A DNA stretch of 64,000 bases from Ginglymostoma cirratum. Taxonomy: Eukaryota. This document shows, piece after piece, positions 49,401 to 62,840 of this stretch. The DNA lies in NCBI GenBank assembly GCA_024137785.1, contig JAHRHZ010000140.1, forward strand, positions 21,647,451 through 21,711,450, written 5' to 3'. Below the pieces are notes generated by a model, which saw only the letters and a program-made list of their open reading frames with translations, made no database searches and was not told the DNA's origin. Every line of letters begins with the position of its first letter. The first letter of the stretch is position 1. The translations under genes were made by a program, and so were the position numbers.

Positions 49401-52400
49401 CAGGGACATATACCAATAGAAAAATTTTCATCATGTTAGCATTTCAAATGGCAGAAAGTGAAAGGAAGCCCTAACTGATCATAGCCTGTGGAATTAATTG
49501 GCTATTCTCTGAATAATGTCGCTCATCGCATATCCTTGGGAGACAAGCACTAGCCGAGGCCACATTTTGTGCAATGGCTTCAAAAAAAAAAAGCGCTTAG
49601 GGGGTATTGGAGGTCTTAAGACTTTAGCGCATTTCCCCAAAGACCACGCAAATACAACCAGTGAGCCTTGCCCAACTAATCCATTTGGTAATTAAATGCA
49701 CAATTCCATTAAACATTCTTTCATCACTTCAAAATTAAACAAACAATAGATTCTGATTGCTTCAAGTCTATATGTAGGATTCTATACATCAATGCAATGA
49801 GTGCAACTAGAAAACTTCGGTTTTAAGTGATGAGAGTAAGAAATATTTTCGGCTTTTTGCCAATTTTAAAACAAAGAACTCAAGTAGACGCCATGTTGCT
49901 ACTTGTTTCATTCTGTGGGATTAAAGTTTGAGCTAGCTTTCTTTCGTCAAAGGCTATGCAATGACCCTGCTTGATATGAGTATACTTCTCTTTAAGACAC
50001 ATCTTAATCTAACCTTTTGCAGGACTCTTTGCTTTCAAACTCAAAACAGCATTAAAAATAGGCATTGTTGGTCAGCCCTGGGAGACTGAGCTCCTAGCTT
50101 TCGCTGGCCAGGGCAGTTGCCTTCTGGATACACAGCTGCTTATGTACCAAGTAAGCTCTGTACAGCAAAGGAAAGCAAAGTGGGAGAAAATGAAAAGACG
50201 AGATTAAGCATCTTCGCAAATGTTCCATCTTTCGTTATCGACTTCAGCCTAGCGTGAGGTGTCAATTTTCAGCTCTAAAGAGAGGACACAAATTCGCAGC
50301 GGTCCCATTATGCGGTCTCTTCGCTCATTGTATATTCCGTCAACGAAGTCAATCTTATTAACTTCCGCTCTGGTTCACACATGACATTTTCTTCAATTTT
50401 CTTGCCAACATCAAAAACATCAATTAGCAGCTAGAAAATAGGAAGGAACAAATGACAGAGCCCGATAACGTCAACTATTTGAAACAGAGGGTAAATCTAT
50501 TCCGCAATACTGAATGCACTCATTACCAATTCATTTTCAAAGCAGGCTTCCAAATAGCAAGGAAAATTAAATTTACCATCTAGAAATGTCCAGAAATTGT
50601 TTGCTTTTTAATCCTATATCTTTAGCGCCATTTCCAAATACAAGATGATGAAATGTTACCTAGTTTTAGGTTTATACAATGCAACTTAGACAGAAGTTGG
50701 TATTACTGTAGATGGGTTCAGCAGTATTCAGAATGCACTGAAAATCACGCAGAAACATGAAATAAATGGAACCATCCAAATTTACACCAATATTTATGCA
50801 CATTTTTGCCCTACTTTCCAAAATGTAAGTTGTAAGAAAGATTTCTTTATCCATTGAAATGAGTCCAATTACAAACTTATTTGCTTTTTGCAGCTCACTT
50901 CATTTTACTGGATAACTGACATGTAGCTAAAAGTGTATCGTAGCAAACCTTGTTTTACAATACTTAAGTAAAAGCTATTTCTGCTGATGTGCCTGCTTTA
51001 TGAGAAGGCTTTCATGCTTGTATTACATCTCCGAGGGAGTGAATAAAAGCAAATTTAGTGACTGCTGAAGACGACTGCTCGGAATTAATGTGAACAGAAA
51101 AGAGCAGCTACACCAAATAAACAGATCACTTTCCTCTGGCCATTGATTTCTTGATCTTTTGACATTATTTACGAGCTTCCTATTCTCTTTCCTGTCTTTT
51201 TTTCCAATGTCACAAAGGAAAAATGTCTAAACAGCTGATGGCAGGATTATCAATTAGCTGTCAAGATGCTGCTTTCCAGTACTGAACAATACCTGCCATA
51301 ATACAGAGAATCTGTAATATAGTGAGGCACATATAATACTGTGCTTTCTGTGCATAGACTCGCATAGTGAAAAGTCTTGAATGGAACTTGTGTCCGATCA
51401 TTTCTACAAATATATTGATTTATTGGGTTGTAACTGAATACATATTGTAAATTATAATTAAGAATTTATACTTAATATCAGATAACATTGACTTGCAAAC
51501 TACACATTTTTCCTATCAAATTATGGGGTGGCAGATAGGGTGCGTGGTACCTGCTACATAACTCCCTGTAAGCACATTCTATTGAAATTGCAATCATTTT
51601 CTTTTGGTGCATTCCAAGACCTAACCTTAGAGCCTCTATTTATTCTGTTTCTAAAGTAGGGGTAATGTGGCCGGGGGGAAAAGAGATAGAAGTATCCAGA
51701 TTCAGGTGATTAAGTTGGCACTAGTACTGTAATGAGGATGGATACATTCACTTAAACAATCATTTGCACAAAAATGTATTTTGCTTCTAAAGATTGTTGC
51801 AAGTTGTGAAACTAAGAATTTGTGAATTATAATTTACTAAGCATGTTGCTAGATCAGTAACCCTTTCAGTTTAATTAAATCATTTTAAAAGCAAGACCAA
51901 CTGAAAATACCACTATCATCTGTGTTAAAAAGTTGTATAATATTGTCCAATCTTTACAAATCAAATTTCAGTTGTAAATGTATAGAAAATTACATGGTAC
52001 AAATAAAGACCATAACCACATAAATAATTACACTGTTAGGGCTCACAAAAAGAATAAGCTTAAAATGTAAATGATCTACATCTTAATTGGTATCTTTAAG
52101 TGCTTGTGTAAAACACAGTACATGTAAAACAATTTCAGTGTTTTTTTAACCAACTATCTTCATGTTACTTTCATTTTGCGAGAGAATTTGGCATCGGAAT
52201 TTCTAATACTTCCAGCCCCTTTAAGAGGTAAAACACTGAATTTGGTAACTGCAAGGTGTTGAAATAAATACTGCTCCAGTAGCTAAAGTGGATGATGTTT
52301 GGAGGTTCTGACGCATTTTTAAAAAAAAAAATCACTGCTGGGTAATTTGGTCAATGTTTTATAACCATCTTAATATTCTGAGACACCTAAAAAAATTTTA

Positions 52401-55011
52401 GCAGGTTTCAGAAATAATGCTTAAAGGAGCTATAAGTAATTTAAGTAATGATTCAGAACATCCTGGACAATACACAGTCAGAATATATTTGGGGACAGGG
52501 TGGGAAGCAGAGGCGAGCAGTGGTAAAGAAAGAATCTTCAAAGATCTTTCAATGCTTTAATATGTAGCTGTATTTGCTAAAAATTCCCCATCTGCAGTAT
52601 CTTACAGCTCACCCACTACTGCATAGAATTCTAAAATATTACTAATGATCAGAACCATGCTATGCAGTATTAATCTCCAAAATTTATGCTTTAATATGAC
52701 AAGTTTTTTTTAAAAAAATCAATGTTTTTCTAACAATTACATTTCTTTAAAAAAATACTATTCAGGAATTATTATTGGTATCACAGAAGTCAAAATTCAA
52801 TATTCTATAAAGTGTTATTGGTATTTTTCCTGACAATTTACATCCTTATTTGGAATAACAAGTTCAAATATTTTTACTGTTGTGTCAATAGCAAAATGTT
52901 CATTGACCCAAAGCAACAAACAGTAACCACAAGCTGCTGATTACCGGCATTTGCGGTTGTGGTTCTGCACCATGCTCTGTCCTTGAAACTGATGCCGCAC
53001 ACGAATCCATTAGGCGAGAGCGTTGGTGCTCTTGATCTATTATTTACAAAGAAAACCCTCCCCTTGCTTAAGTGGCCCCTATACTTCAGCCTTCATTACA
53101 TGATAATTTTTATTCTTTGTAAAAAAAAACATCCTCCGTTTAATCAGGCTGATAGCACCTACATGGTGTCCAGTCTTGCTGTGTGGGGTTTTTTTAAAAA
53201 AAACCCTAGCATTCCCACAATGGCATTGTCATTCGGAGCACTGCTATAACTTAATATCTAAAATTTAAGCATGATTTATTAGCAGAGACCCTGTGCCATT
53301 TAGCCTTTTTGAAACAAAATTGAACAATTTGCTTCCTATCATCCATAACTCCAGGTATTTCTTTGGCTACTGTAGTATATATAACTCATTCTCAGATAAT
53401 GTAACCATTTTACATACTGTTTCCATTGACACTTGTAATCTGTGCAAAGATAATTTTTAAGGAAACGGACAGGATTTAATTAATGGTTTGGATACTACTT
53501 ATAAAGAAACACTGAGTGGAATACCTTTTTACCAGTGGAAAACGTATTTAAGTGGTATTTTATGCTTCATTAAGTGCTCACATTTCAAACTTGCAGGACA
53601 ATTTAAATACACAAGCAACTACTAATTGTTCTTAATCACATTCCCTTCTCACTAAATCATACACGTAACCTATACGCCTTATAAGGAACAAGGTCAAAAC
53701 CACAGATTGATCTCTCCTCCACTGCTGTCTCCTTCACCTTCCAAAACAATTTCCAAAATATAAACCTGACAGCGATTAGTAAAAATTCTATGAATTTGTG
53801 CAGTTATGTTATTTGTTATGCAGGAAACAGAAGCAATACAATTAAAAAAAGTTTACTTGCTGATTTATTTATACCACCGTCATGTTACAAGTTATATGGA
53901 TTCAAAAGCACTCCATACCACTAGAGGAATTCAGACTACTTGCTTTAATCATTTTAACATTTAACTAGCACTTATTAATTCAATTTGTCTTTATTACAGC
54001 CACCAGACGCTGATGGATAACCATCACTAACTGTGGTATGGCACTGCATGACAGAAAACTGCAGAACAATGCAATGTTATAGATAAAGCTATGAAGCAGC
54101 TGCTTATATTGTAGAGCTGAGACTCCCTTTCAGGTGCACACTATTAACCTGGCTACAGGTGATCTAAGTATTAGCAAAAAATACTACAATGTTGTACTAC
54201 TTGGATCACAGTATTTCAAGCACAAAAAGGAAAAAAAAAATGCCAAATAAAAGAGAAGAGTCACTAACCATCCCTCAAAATGAACTATTTACCTTGCAAT
54301 GCAAGGTTTGACAGAAATCCAACTTATCTATTAACTATGGAACATCAGATTTGATACTCACCATAAACATTGACAATCTATTTTTTTTTTTTAAAATGCA
54401 TCAGTAGGGTGCACATTCACCAGTTTAAAGCAACTTTGATCGGCAGTAGCAATTCCACGCAATTTAGCGTCCAGGCATTTGATATTTTGACAATGTGGAG
54501 GTATACTCATATCATTGGCAAACACCAATGAAAAGTGGTCAAAAGTAACCAGGCTTTCAAAATCTGGAATGAAGTGACATAATTTATTCAAATAGCCTGG
54601 AATTACTGAGAGTTTAATTCTCCATTTAGTAGTCCTGAAGTACCGAACAATTTAGGGTTTTGCAGCATTAGGTTATTTATCATATCATGTCACATCTGTA
54701 ACAACTCAAATGACTTACTTTTTGCCCCTCCCAAAGTATCTAACCATTTCTTTTACCAAAAAAAGCGCTTATGGATTCCATTTACTCATCATCACTTGTA
54801 GGCAATTCTGTGATATTATAGTCCACTATACATATTTTCTAAAATCTTCCAAATTAATTTTTTTTGTCGATATTGAATGCTTTTAGTTAGGACTCAATGA
54901 TAAGTGGAAACAGTTCACCAATATTGCAGAAATGACCACATAATTTTAAATGGCTCTCGGACCTTCTCTAATTTGATCTGTTCCAGACAAAAAAGCACCC
55001 CAGTTTTTCAA

Positions 55012-55227
55012 GGGACAACTCAGTGTGGAGCTGGAGGAACACAGCAAGCCAGGCAGCATCAGAGGAACAGGAAAGCAGATGTCTTGGGTCAGGAACCATT
55101 TCTGAAGAAAGGTCTGGACCTTAAACATCAACTTTCCTGCTCCTCTGATGCTGCCTGGCCTGCTGTGTTCCTCCAGCTCCATACGGTGTTGTCTCTGACT
55201 CCAGCATTGGCAGTTCTTACTATTTCT
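55012..55227 (+). mobile_element. Older Penelope-derived palindromic element with degenerate hammerhead
   Basis: Same family as the 30554 and 35005 copies. CTGAAGA-A-AGGTCTGGACCT-tAAACaTC at 55102-55129. Confidence 0.75.
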
Positions 55228-58129
55228 GACCAAGCTCTCTAGTCTTTCCTTACAACTAAAACTTTTCACTTTGATATTATTTTCATTGTGTGTTCTGGAT
55301 CCTCTCCATGATCTTGACATTATTCCCATACTGCACACAAAACTGGAAAAAAAAACCCATTAGGCACTCATTATTGGGATTGAGCATTCCTAAATCAGTT
55401 AGAGACTGCACCCTTCTGATTCATTGGTCCTCTCCATCTCACAACAAACTGGCATTATCCCAATCCTCTGACTACGTCCACCCACCACAAGGGAATTTAA
55501 AAATAAAAAAGAGAAGTGAACCAATACTGTACTTATAATCCAAAGGTCAAAAATCCAAGCATCACAGAATTCCAGTACTTTGCTCTCTTCTTGATATGTG
55601 AATCCAAGAATGTAAAGACTGACAATCAATTTGACCACTTGGGACATTATAGTAAGCCCAGTACTGTCCCTACCAGCTATGTTTTAACACAAACATCCCA
55701 AATAAGCTACTATATTTTCAATTGGCAGAATCTGGGCAATTTTTAATCTTTTGTATCTCACAGCACTGAAACCATTTGGAGAACCAGCCTGGCTAACTTG
55801 GCATAACCAAAGACCATACTCAAAAGCTTATTTTTCAATGTTTGATCAGACAGCTGGTGGAACTAGATTTAATGTTATGATTAATTGTGAAATTTTCAAA
55901 ATTGCTTCACCAAAATCTGGCAAAAGTTATTGTTCAGTTTTATTTCAAGTGTGGTTGTTAAGTTTTCTCTCAAATGTAAAAATCAAATTTATAACTATTT
56001 AAGGGAAGTATGGTAAAAATGTGGCTCACTTCATTTCTGTGTTAACAAGTATAAAATCATGTATAAAATAACTTTATAGCAGATGTATTTGCTGTATTAT
56101 TAAATATGGTTCATGCAATGGTTTTCCCAACCAAACAAATAAATGTCTATTTTTAGCATTTAATGGAACAGAAACTAAGCACACCAGCTAATATACTGTA
56201 CTTTTAAATAGCAAAACAGCATATTGTAATCATTATGCAGAAGTGTAAGAATGAAATGGAGACTACTATTTCTTCTTTAAAAAATGAACGAGGTTTAAAT
56301 TCTTTTTAGAGACTTCAAATCAGAAAATGAAACCAAAGTATGCAGAAAGGAATATTTAACAGTGGTGAAAGAATGACATAGAATATATATATTAGAGATC
56401 ATAGAAATAACATTTGCCAAAACTGTGAAATGAAAAAAATAGAAGCATTGGAAATACATAACTGATCAATCAGCAGTTGAAAGTTAAACCTGAGTTAATA
56501 TTGCCAATAACAAGGTTGAAGCCACAATGTTAAACTTGCCTTTCTCTTTTAGATACTGATTGACCTAGTGTGCCTTTTCAGTACCTTTACACTGGCTGGA
56601 ACAAATATTAATGAGTAGCTAACAACAAATGAGGTGATCAAAGATGAAGCTTTCTGCCGAAAACAACATTTGCTTCTAACCCAGGTGAAAAACTTACTTG
56701 GTTACTAGAAATGTTTATTCACTCACTTCAAATACTGATCACCTCTTCATAGGTTTTTTTTTTAAACCTAATGGTTTAACTCTGTCCTAAACAATATTTG
56801 TACTTTACCAGCACACCACTTCTTGCCATGTACTGTGAAAGTATTTACGATTTATGAAGATTAAAGTCTTTATATCTAGAGAACAGTCTTTTACCATTTG
56901 CTGCTTAATGCAATCAAAGCAGACAAACTGTCAGGATCACTATCCGCTTGGAGTTAATCAACCATTCAGCCTAGTCTATTCATTCTGTAATATTTCATGG
57001 AATGCAACACTGCGCACTTAATACCTCGCTGCAGTTATATCGCAATTCTCAGCTTGATGATGCCCAAAGGGTGCAATTACCTTCAATTGCAGCAAGTTTT
57101 TTTTATGGAATTTTAGTTGACCATGTCACATAAGAAATTGGAATATACAACTATTTCCACCCATTTCACAAATGGTGTAAGCGTTTTTGAGACTTAAATC
57201 ATATAGGATTTAATTGCAAAGCAATGTTAGATACTTGATAAACATAAGCAAAAAGTCAACAGTGGACCAAATTAATGTACTTTGGTATAAATCTCAGCCC
57301 AGAAAAAGACAATTATAACCTACTCTTTTCTAAAACTGCGAAAAAATTTGAACAGGACCATACTATATTAGAACTGAGATTACGTGTAACCAATTAAAAG
57401 TAGTGAATAATTGTTTTGGCACTCGCCTGTAAATCATAAAATGTATTGCCAGGATGTCCTTTAATTGCCACTTTTAACGCACTGAACCAATTACTGTTTC
57501 AGCAGGAACTGATTATGTAACACTTGGGAGACAGTGAACATTGGAAAGTTGGTGGGGGGGAGGGGGGTTAGTGGGGAAAAGGTGGGAGAGAGACAGAACT
57601 CAAGTCTGCAATTTCTTCGCAACAATTGAAATTCCTTTTTTATTCTCGACAGAGAGGTCAACTCTCCTAACTCGGTGTTAGAATGCCACTGGGATTTAAT
57701 AATCACTGCTAGATCTTCTCTACAGGTTCAAGCATCTTAAAGAGATAATTCAAGTAAGTTAGCCGCAGCTTCAAGAATTTCACATCATATTTTTCTATGA
57801 GCCAACTGATCTGGAATCAATTGGTTTGCTCAGAGTTAACTGATGATTTGAGATGAATGGATAATCTACATTTACAGAATGAGAAAACCTCCATTCTTTC
57901 AGTAAATTGAATTTGAACCTATAATTGCAGCCTTCACTCTCCTGTGTCCTGAAACACTCCCCGCACCCCCCCAACCCCAACGTATACAATATGGATAATT
58001 AACACTGTAATCCAGAGTTTAGCTACCTTCACATGCAGTGAATCCTTCTCCATGCATAGTCATCTCATAAGATATCCTATGGATCAGGTTTAGTTGTCTG
58101 GAAGAAGCAAAACTACAGAAGCAAGAATG

Positions 58130-58850
58130 GACCACATCAGAAATTGTTCCCAGGTCACTATGAAGTTATCCAAAAGGGTAATGGAATGTTAGTTTTATTT
58201 CAATGGGAGTACAATTCAAACATGATGCTTTGGTCACAGTGCATCTAGAGAAAATAAAAACAGAAGCTGCTGGAGAAACTCAGCAAGTCTGGCAGCACCA
58301 GCGGAGAGAAAAACATTGAGTGTGACGTAACTCTTCTTCAGAACAATCTTTTCAAGCCCTGCGTTCAGTTTTAGACATCAGGCCTCAAAGATATTATAGC
58401 TTTTACTATCCAGAATTAAGCCTAAAAGGGTTAAGCCATGAGATCAGTTTGCATAAACTTGGTTGTTATTCTCTAGGGTTCAGAGGTTTAAGTGCAATCT
58501 AATCAAGATGTTCAAAATGATAAGAGGGACTCAATACAGAGATATTACTACATTCGCTGGGGAATCTAGACTGGACAGGATCTTGAAAATGGAGCCATCT
58601 AGTTTCGTGGTATAAATAGGAAGTATCTTTTCACACAAACGTTAGTAAAAATCTGGAACCCCTGTCTCTGAAAATGGTGTGGATATCAGATTAAATGTCT
58701 CTTTCAAGAGCACAATCAAGAGAACGAAAGACAAAGACATTGATGTATGTGGGACAATGGGAGCTGAAGTACAATGAGCCTGATCTAGTTAAATTGTGAA
58801 TGCATTCAAAAATGTGAATAACTTACTCCCGCTCCCTTTGTTTCTCTCAC
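58130..58850 (+). mobile_element. Degraded CR1 3' fragment with a small Penelope-terminus insertion (~58252-58345)
   Basis: gggtaatggaatgttagtttttatttcaatgggagtacaattcaaa and gcaatctaatcaagatgttcaaaatgataagaggg. Insert tgctggagaaactcagcaagtctggcagca...ttcttcagaac. Confidence 0.65.
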
Positions 58851-59199
58851 CTGATCGGATGACGGAGTAACCACAAGTTTTTTTTCCCCCAAAAGTGATA
58901 ATTCATAAGAACCTTCTAAATGGGTCAGCAATGATAATAAGAAGAAAACAAATGTTTATACAAGTGAATTCGCCAAGTATGAAGGAGACTTTGTTTGATT
59001 CACTTTTAAAGAGTTTCTGGCTTTCAATATTATTTCGGGAACAAATGACAACCTATGCGCTAGGGAATGTCTGGTCCAAACTCAAGCAGAGCTGGATCTA
59101 AGTTCATGCCCCTTTAAACCTCCAGTGCAGCACATACTATTGCACCACAAGGAACTATTGTTAAACGTTGTGCCAAAAAAAGTCAGAATTGTTGAAGCG

Positions 59200-59885
59200 A
59201 GGGCTGGTATTTAGTGCTCCATGCTCCAAGTGTAAAGGTGTCTCTCTTCTGGAGTCACTGACTCCCTGCCCCACTGAAAGAAAAGTTTGCCGGATCAAGC
59301 CCCAATCAGCCACTTGAATGCTGACTGGCAAGCAGTTTGGTGAACCACGAGCCTTAATAGAGATGCCCTACCCCAGACGAAGATTTTGAGCAGAGACCAG
59401 CAACGCTCATGTCCCAGCTATCGGGATTAGAAGCCCAGGATCTGGAGGAACCAAACAGCAAGAAGGCAACTCATGTATTTCAGAATCACAAGGAGAGAAG
59501 TTTGATGGAAGGGGCTTGACCTTCAGCCACCAGCCCCTCACACCCCACCCCATTACCATTCATACCCTCAATTATATTTAGATTAAAGCTTCCCCTCAAC
59601 ACAAATGCAGCAGACATATTACTCTGGCTTCCAAACAGCCACTTGTCTCTGCTTCCAGGAAGGCATATAATCAAGCCAGTGGCAAGTTGTGGCCCTTAAG
59701 TGGTCATTAATGGATCACTTAAGGGCCTTAACTGGTGGTGAGCTGAGAAGGTCCCCACTGAACCATCTTTCCTGACCTAATTGCTCAGGCAGTGAAGAGA
59801 GAGCAAGCATCTCCAGGGCCAAGTCACCCAATTGTTTATCCTTCTTGCCATTTTTGTCACAACCTCCAGGGAGAGGATAATCAGG
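59200..59885. repeat. GC-rich interspersed repeat remnant with internal palindrome
   Basis: GGCCCTTAAGTG-13 nt-CACTTAAGGGCC at 59691-59727; composition shift relative to the flanks. Confidence 0.45.
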
Positions 59886-60462
59886 TCCAAAGATACGAGG
59901 GAATAGAAATTGGAAATCTTTACTGAAGTACAGGACTCAAATTAAAAATATTATCACTAAATGTCAATATCCTGTGTCATGTTAAGACTGCTGATTCTCT
60001 TGCTACTGTGAACATTCTTATTAAAACTCCTCACAGTTTCCTGCAGGCTCTCCGTCCACAGACCAAAGCAAGTTGCCTTGATTCCTTGCAAAGTCATCAC
60101 AATCACCTCTCACTGCTGCTCATGTCTGCACTGAGTCTGAGCCTCTCAGCCCACAAAATGATGTCAGAATCACTGCTTTACTTTTCAGCATCCAGATACT
60201 ATTTTGCAGATGTAACTTTTAGAACATTTGCACGTCAAAGTCCCCAGCAACTAGCCTGACGAACAAGGGAGTTATCCCAAAGTCAACATCACAAAATACA
60301 AATTTTATCCTGTCATTATCACCTTGCTGTTTGTGGGACTTTTCTATGGATAAACTGGCTACTGTAATTCCTTCTTTCTAAGGGACTATACCTCAAAAAG
60401 TAATATATTGGCTATGAAGTATTTTGGGATGATTGGTGGTCATGAAAGGCAGTGCATAAGTC

Positions 60463-60812
60463 GGGGAGTCAATGACCTAGCGGTATCACAGGACCGTTAA
60501 TCCAGAGACCCAGGTAATATCCTGGGGATCTGGGTCCGAATCCACCAGCAGCTGGTGGAATTCAAATTCAATAAATATCTGGAATTAAGAATCTAATGAT
60601 GACCATGAATCCATTGCTCATTGTCAGAAAAACCGATCTGCTTCACCAACATGCTTTAGGGAAGGAAACTGCCATTCTTACCTGGTCTGGCCTACATGTG
60701 ACTCCAGACCCACAGTATTGTGGTTGACTCTTAACTGCCCTCTGGGCAATTAGGGATGGGCAATAAAAATGCTGCCTGGCCAGCAATGCCCTCATCCCGT
60801 GAATGAATAAAG
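60463..60812 (+). mobile_element. tRNA-derived SINE with LINE-shared tail, inserted into the tail of a Deu-type SINE (~60260-60850)
   Basis: Head tgacctagcgg...gggtccgaatcc. Tail gggcaataaaaatgctg...catcccgtgaatgaataaa matches the 25668-25720 LINE end. Confidence 0.8.
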
Positions 60813-60854
60813 GGAAATAAAAAGTGCAAGTCTCGTTTTTCCCTTTTTATTTAG

Positions 60855-61130
60855 TCAGTCATGGTTTAGATGGTAGCATGTGCCACTCTTTAATCAGAAG
60901 TTGAGAGTTCAGATCACACACAAAAAACACTAGGCTGATGCTTAAATGGAGTGCTGCACTATCAAAGTGGCTGCATTTTGGATGAGGTGGTAAATCAAAT
61001 TCCTATCAGTCCTTTTGTGTGGATGTAAAGATCATATGGAACTATTCTGTAGAGGAAGAGGGTTATCATGCGTCTTGGCCAACACTGAATCTTCAATTAT
61101 CATAAAACATTATCTGGTCGTGACCACTTT
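60855..61130 (+). mobile_element. Degraded DeuSINE (SacSINE1/AmnSINE-like core)
   Basis: ggagtgctgcactatcaaagtggctgcattttggatgaggtggtaaatc...gtggatgtaaagatcatatggaactatt resembles the Deu domain. Confidence 0.7.
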
Positions 61131-61454
61131 ACTAATTACAGGCACTACTGAAATCGAAATATTTTCTCTCCCATTGTGACTGATAACACGGAATACTTAA
61201 TACACAGTAGTCACCATTGTTTACCATCTCATGTTCTAATCTTCTGCAGAATATATACTTCTAACTATTTTCCTGACACATAAATATGAGCCTTACTTCC
61301 TCTATGCCGTAGATGTGAAAATGATCCAGACTGATGCTATGAATACCTCCCCTCTCGGCAAGCTGTATACATCACAAGTAAAATAGTGCGGTGTCGGGCT
61401 GCTTCCTAGTATAAGTCAATGGTAAAGAAAGGTGTCTGTACTTGCAACCAAAAG

Positions 61455-62840
61455 AGCTACCCAGGCAGTCCAAATCTCCAGCCCTATCTCTGAAGCCCTT
61501 TATAGTATTCACTTTCAAGTATGTATCCAGCTCTCTTTTGAAACCTTACATGGAATCTACCGCCACCACTCTCCCAAGCACCATATTCCAAATCCTAACA
61601 ACTGAGTAAAGAAGTTTCTCCATATCTCACTCCTAAGCTTTCTTGCTGACAATCTTCAAATTGTGACTACTAATTATTGACATACTAGTTAGTCTTCTTT
61701 ACTTGTCAAAATTGTTCATAGTTTTGAACACCTCAATATGGTCTCCTCTTAATCTCCGCTCCAAGGAGAATAAACCTGATTTTCGTTTAATCTAAAATCC
61801 CTCATTCCAGGTATTATTCAAGTAAACCTGCTTTACACTTTCTTCTACCAAAATGCAATACCTCACATTTCTCTGCATTGAAATTCATCTGATAGGTGAC
61901 GGCCCATTTGACCAACTTGATAATGCTCCTTTGAAGTCACTCAGCATCATCCTCACAATTTATTGTTCTCCTTAGTGTAGTATCATCTTTAAAATTAGAG
62001 ATTTTTCTCTCAATGCCCATCCCCAAATCATTTATAAAAATTAGAAAAAGCCAGGGCCCCAACATTGATTCCTGGGGACCACCACTTTTTACTCATCGCC
62101 GATGTATACCTATTCTCAGTTTCCTATCTTTTAGCCAACTTTGAATTCATGCTGCCAAGGACCCATTAATCCCAAACATTTTTAATTTGTTAACCGTCCT
62201 GTCATGTTGCACTGTATCAAATGCTTTCTGAAAGTCCAAACATACACTACCTTCATCCACTGCCTGCGCCACCTTATCAAAGAACGCAACAAATTTTGTC
62301 AGACATGACCTGCTCTTGTCAAAGCCATTGTTGATTGTCAACTATGAACTCATTTTTCTCTAACAGCATATTTACCTTACCCTATATTATGGCCTCCATC
62401 AGTTTTCCCACTATTGATATCAAAATGACAGGTCTGCAATTTCCTAGATTATCTTTTGCTTTCCTATCTTAAACAATGGTGGCACATTTGCTGCCAGTCC
62501 CCCAAGACCAAGCCTGTGTTCAGACAGCCCTGGAAAATTTCTGTCAATGGATCCGCAATTTGCTTTCTTACCTTGCTCAGCAATCTAGGATACATCCCAT
62601 CCAGGCCTGGTGAGTTCTCTACCTGGAGTCCTGCCAGCCTTTTGAGCACCTCTTCTTTATCATTTAACCACTCAGTTGCTGTATACTCTCATTTCTAACG
62701 AGGCCATTGTCACCATTTTCTGATTTAGTAAAGACTGAAGCAAAGTATTCATTTAGTATCTCTGCTACACTCTTTGCTTAGTGAGCAGCTTACCCCACTT
62801 GTGCCTTATGGGCCCTCTCTATCCCTCACTAACCTTTTAA
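61455..62840 (-). mobile_element. Degraded CR1 LINE (RT region to 3' end)
   Basis: ORFs SPGLDGMYPRLL...IADPLTEIF...DW and SRSCLTKFVAFFDKV...LDFQKAFDTV. Confidence 0.88.

Noticed and set aside
48305-50580. Additional ATG|gtaaa ends at about 48312 and 50577
   Set aside because: They lack the +5 G and are weaker donors, common in AT-rich DNA, so they were not counted with the ATG|GTAAG cluster.
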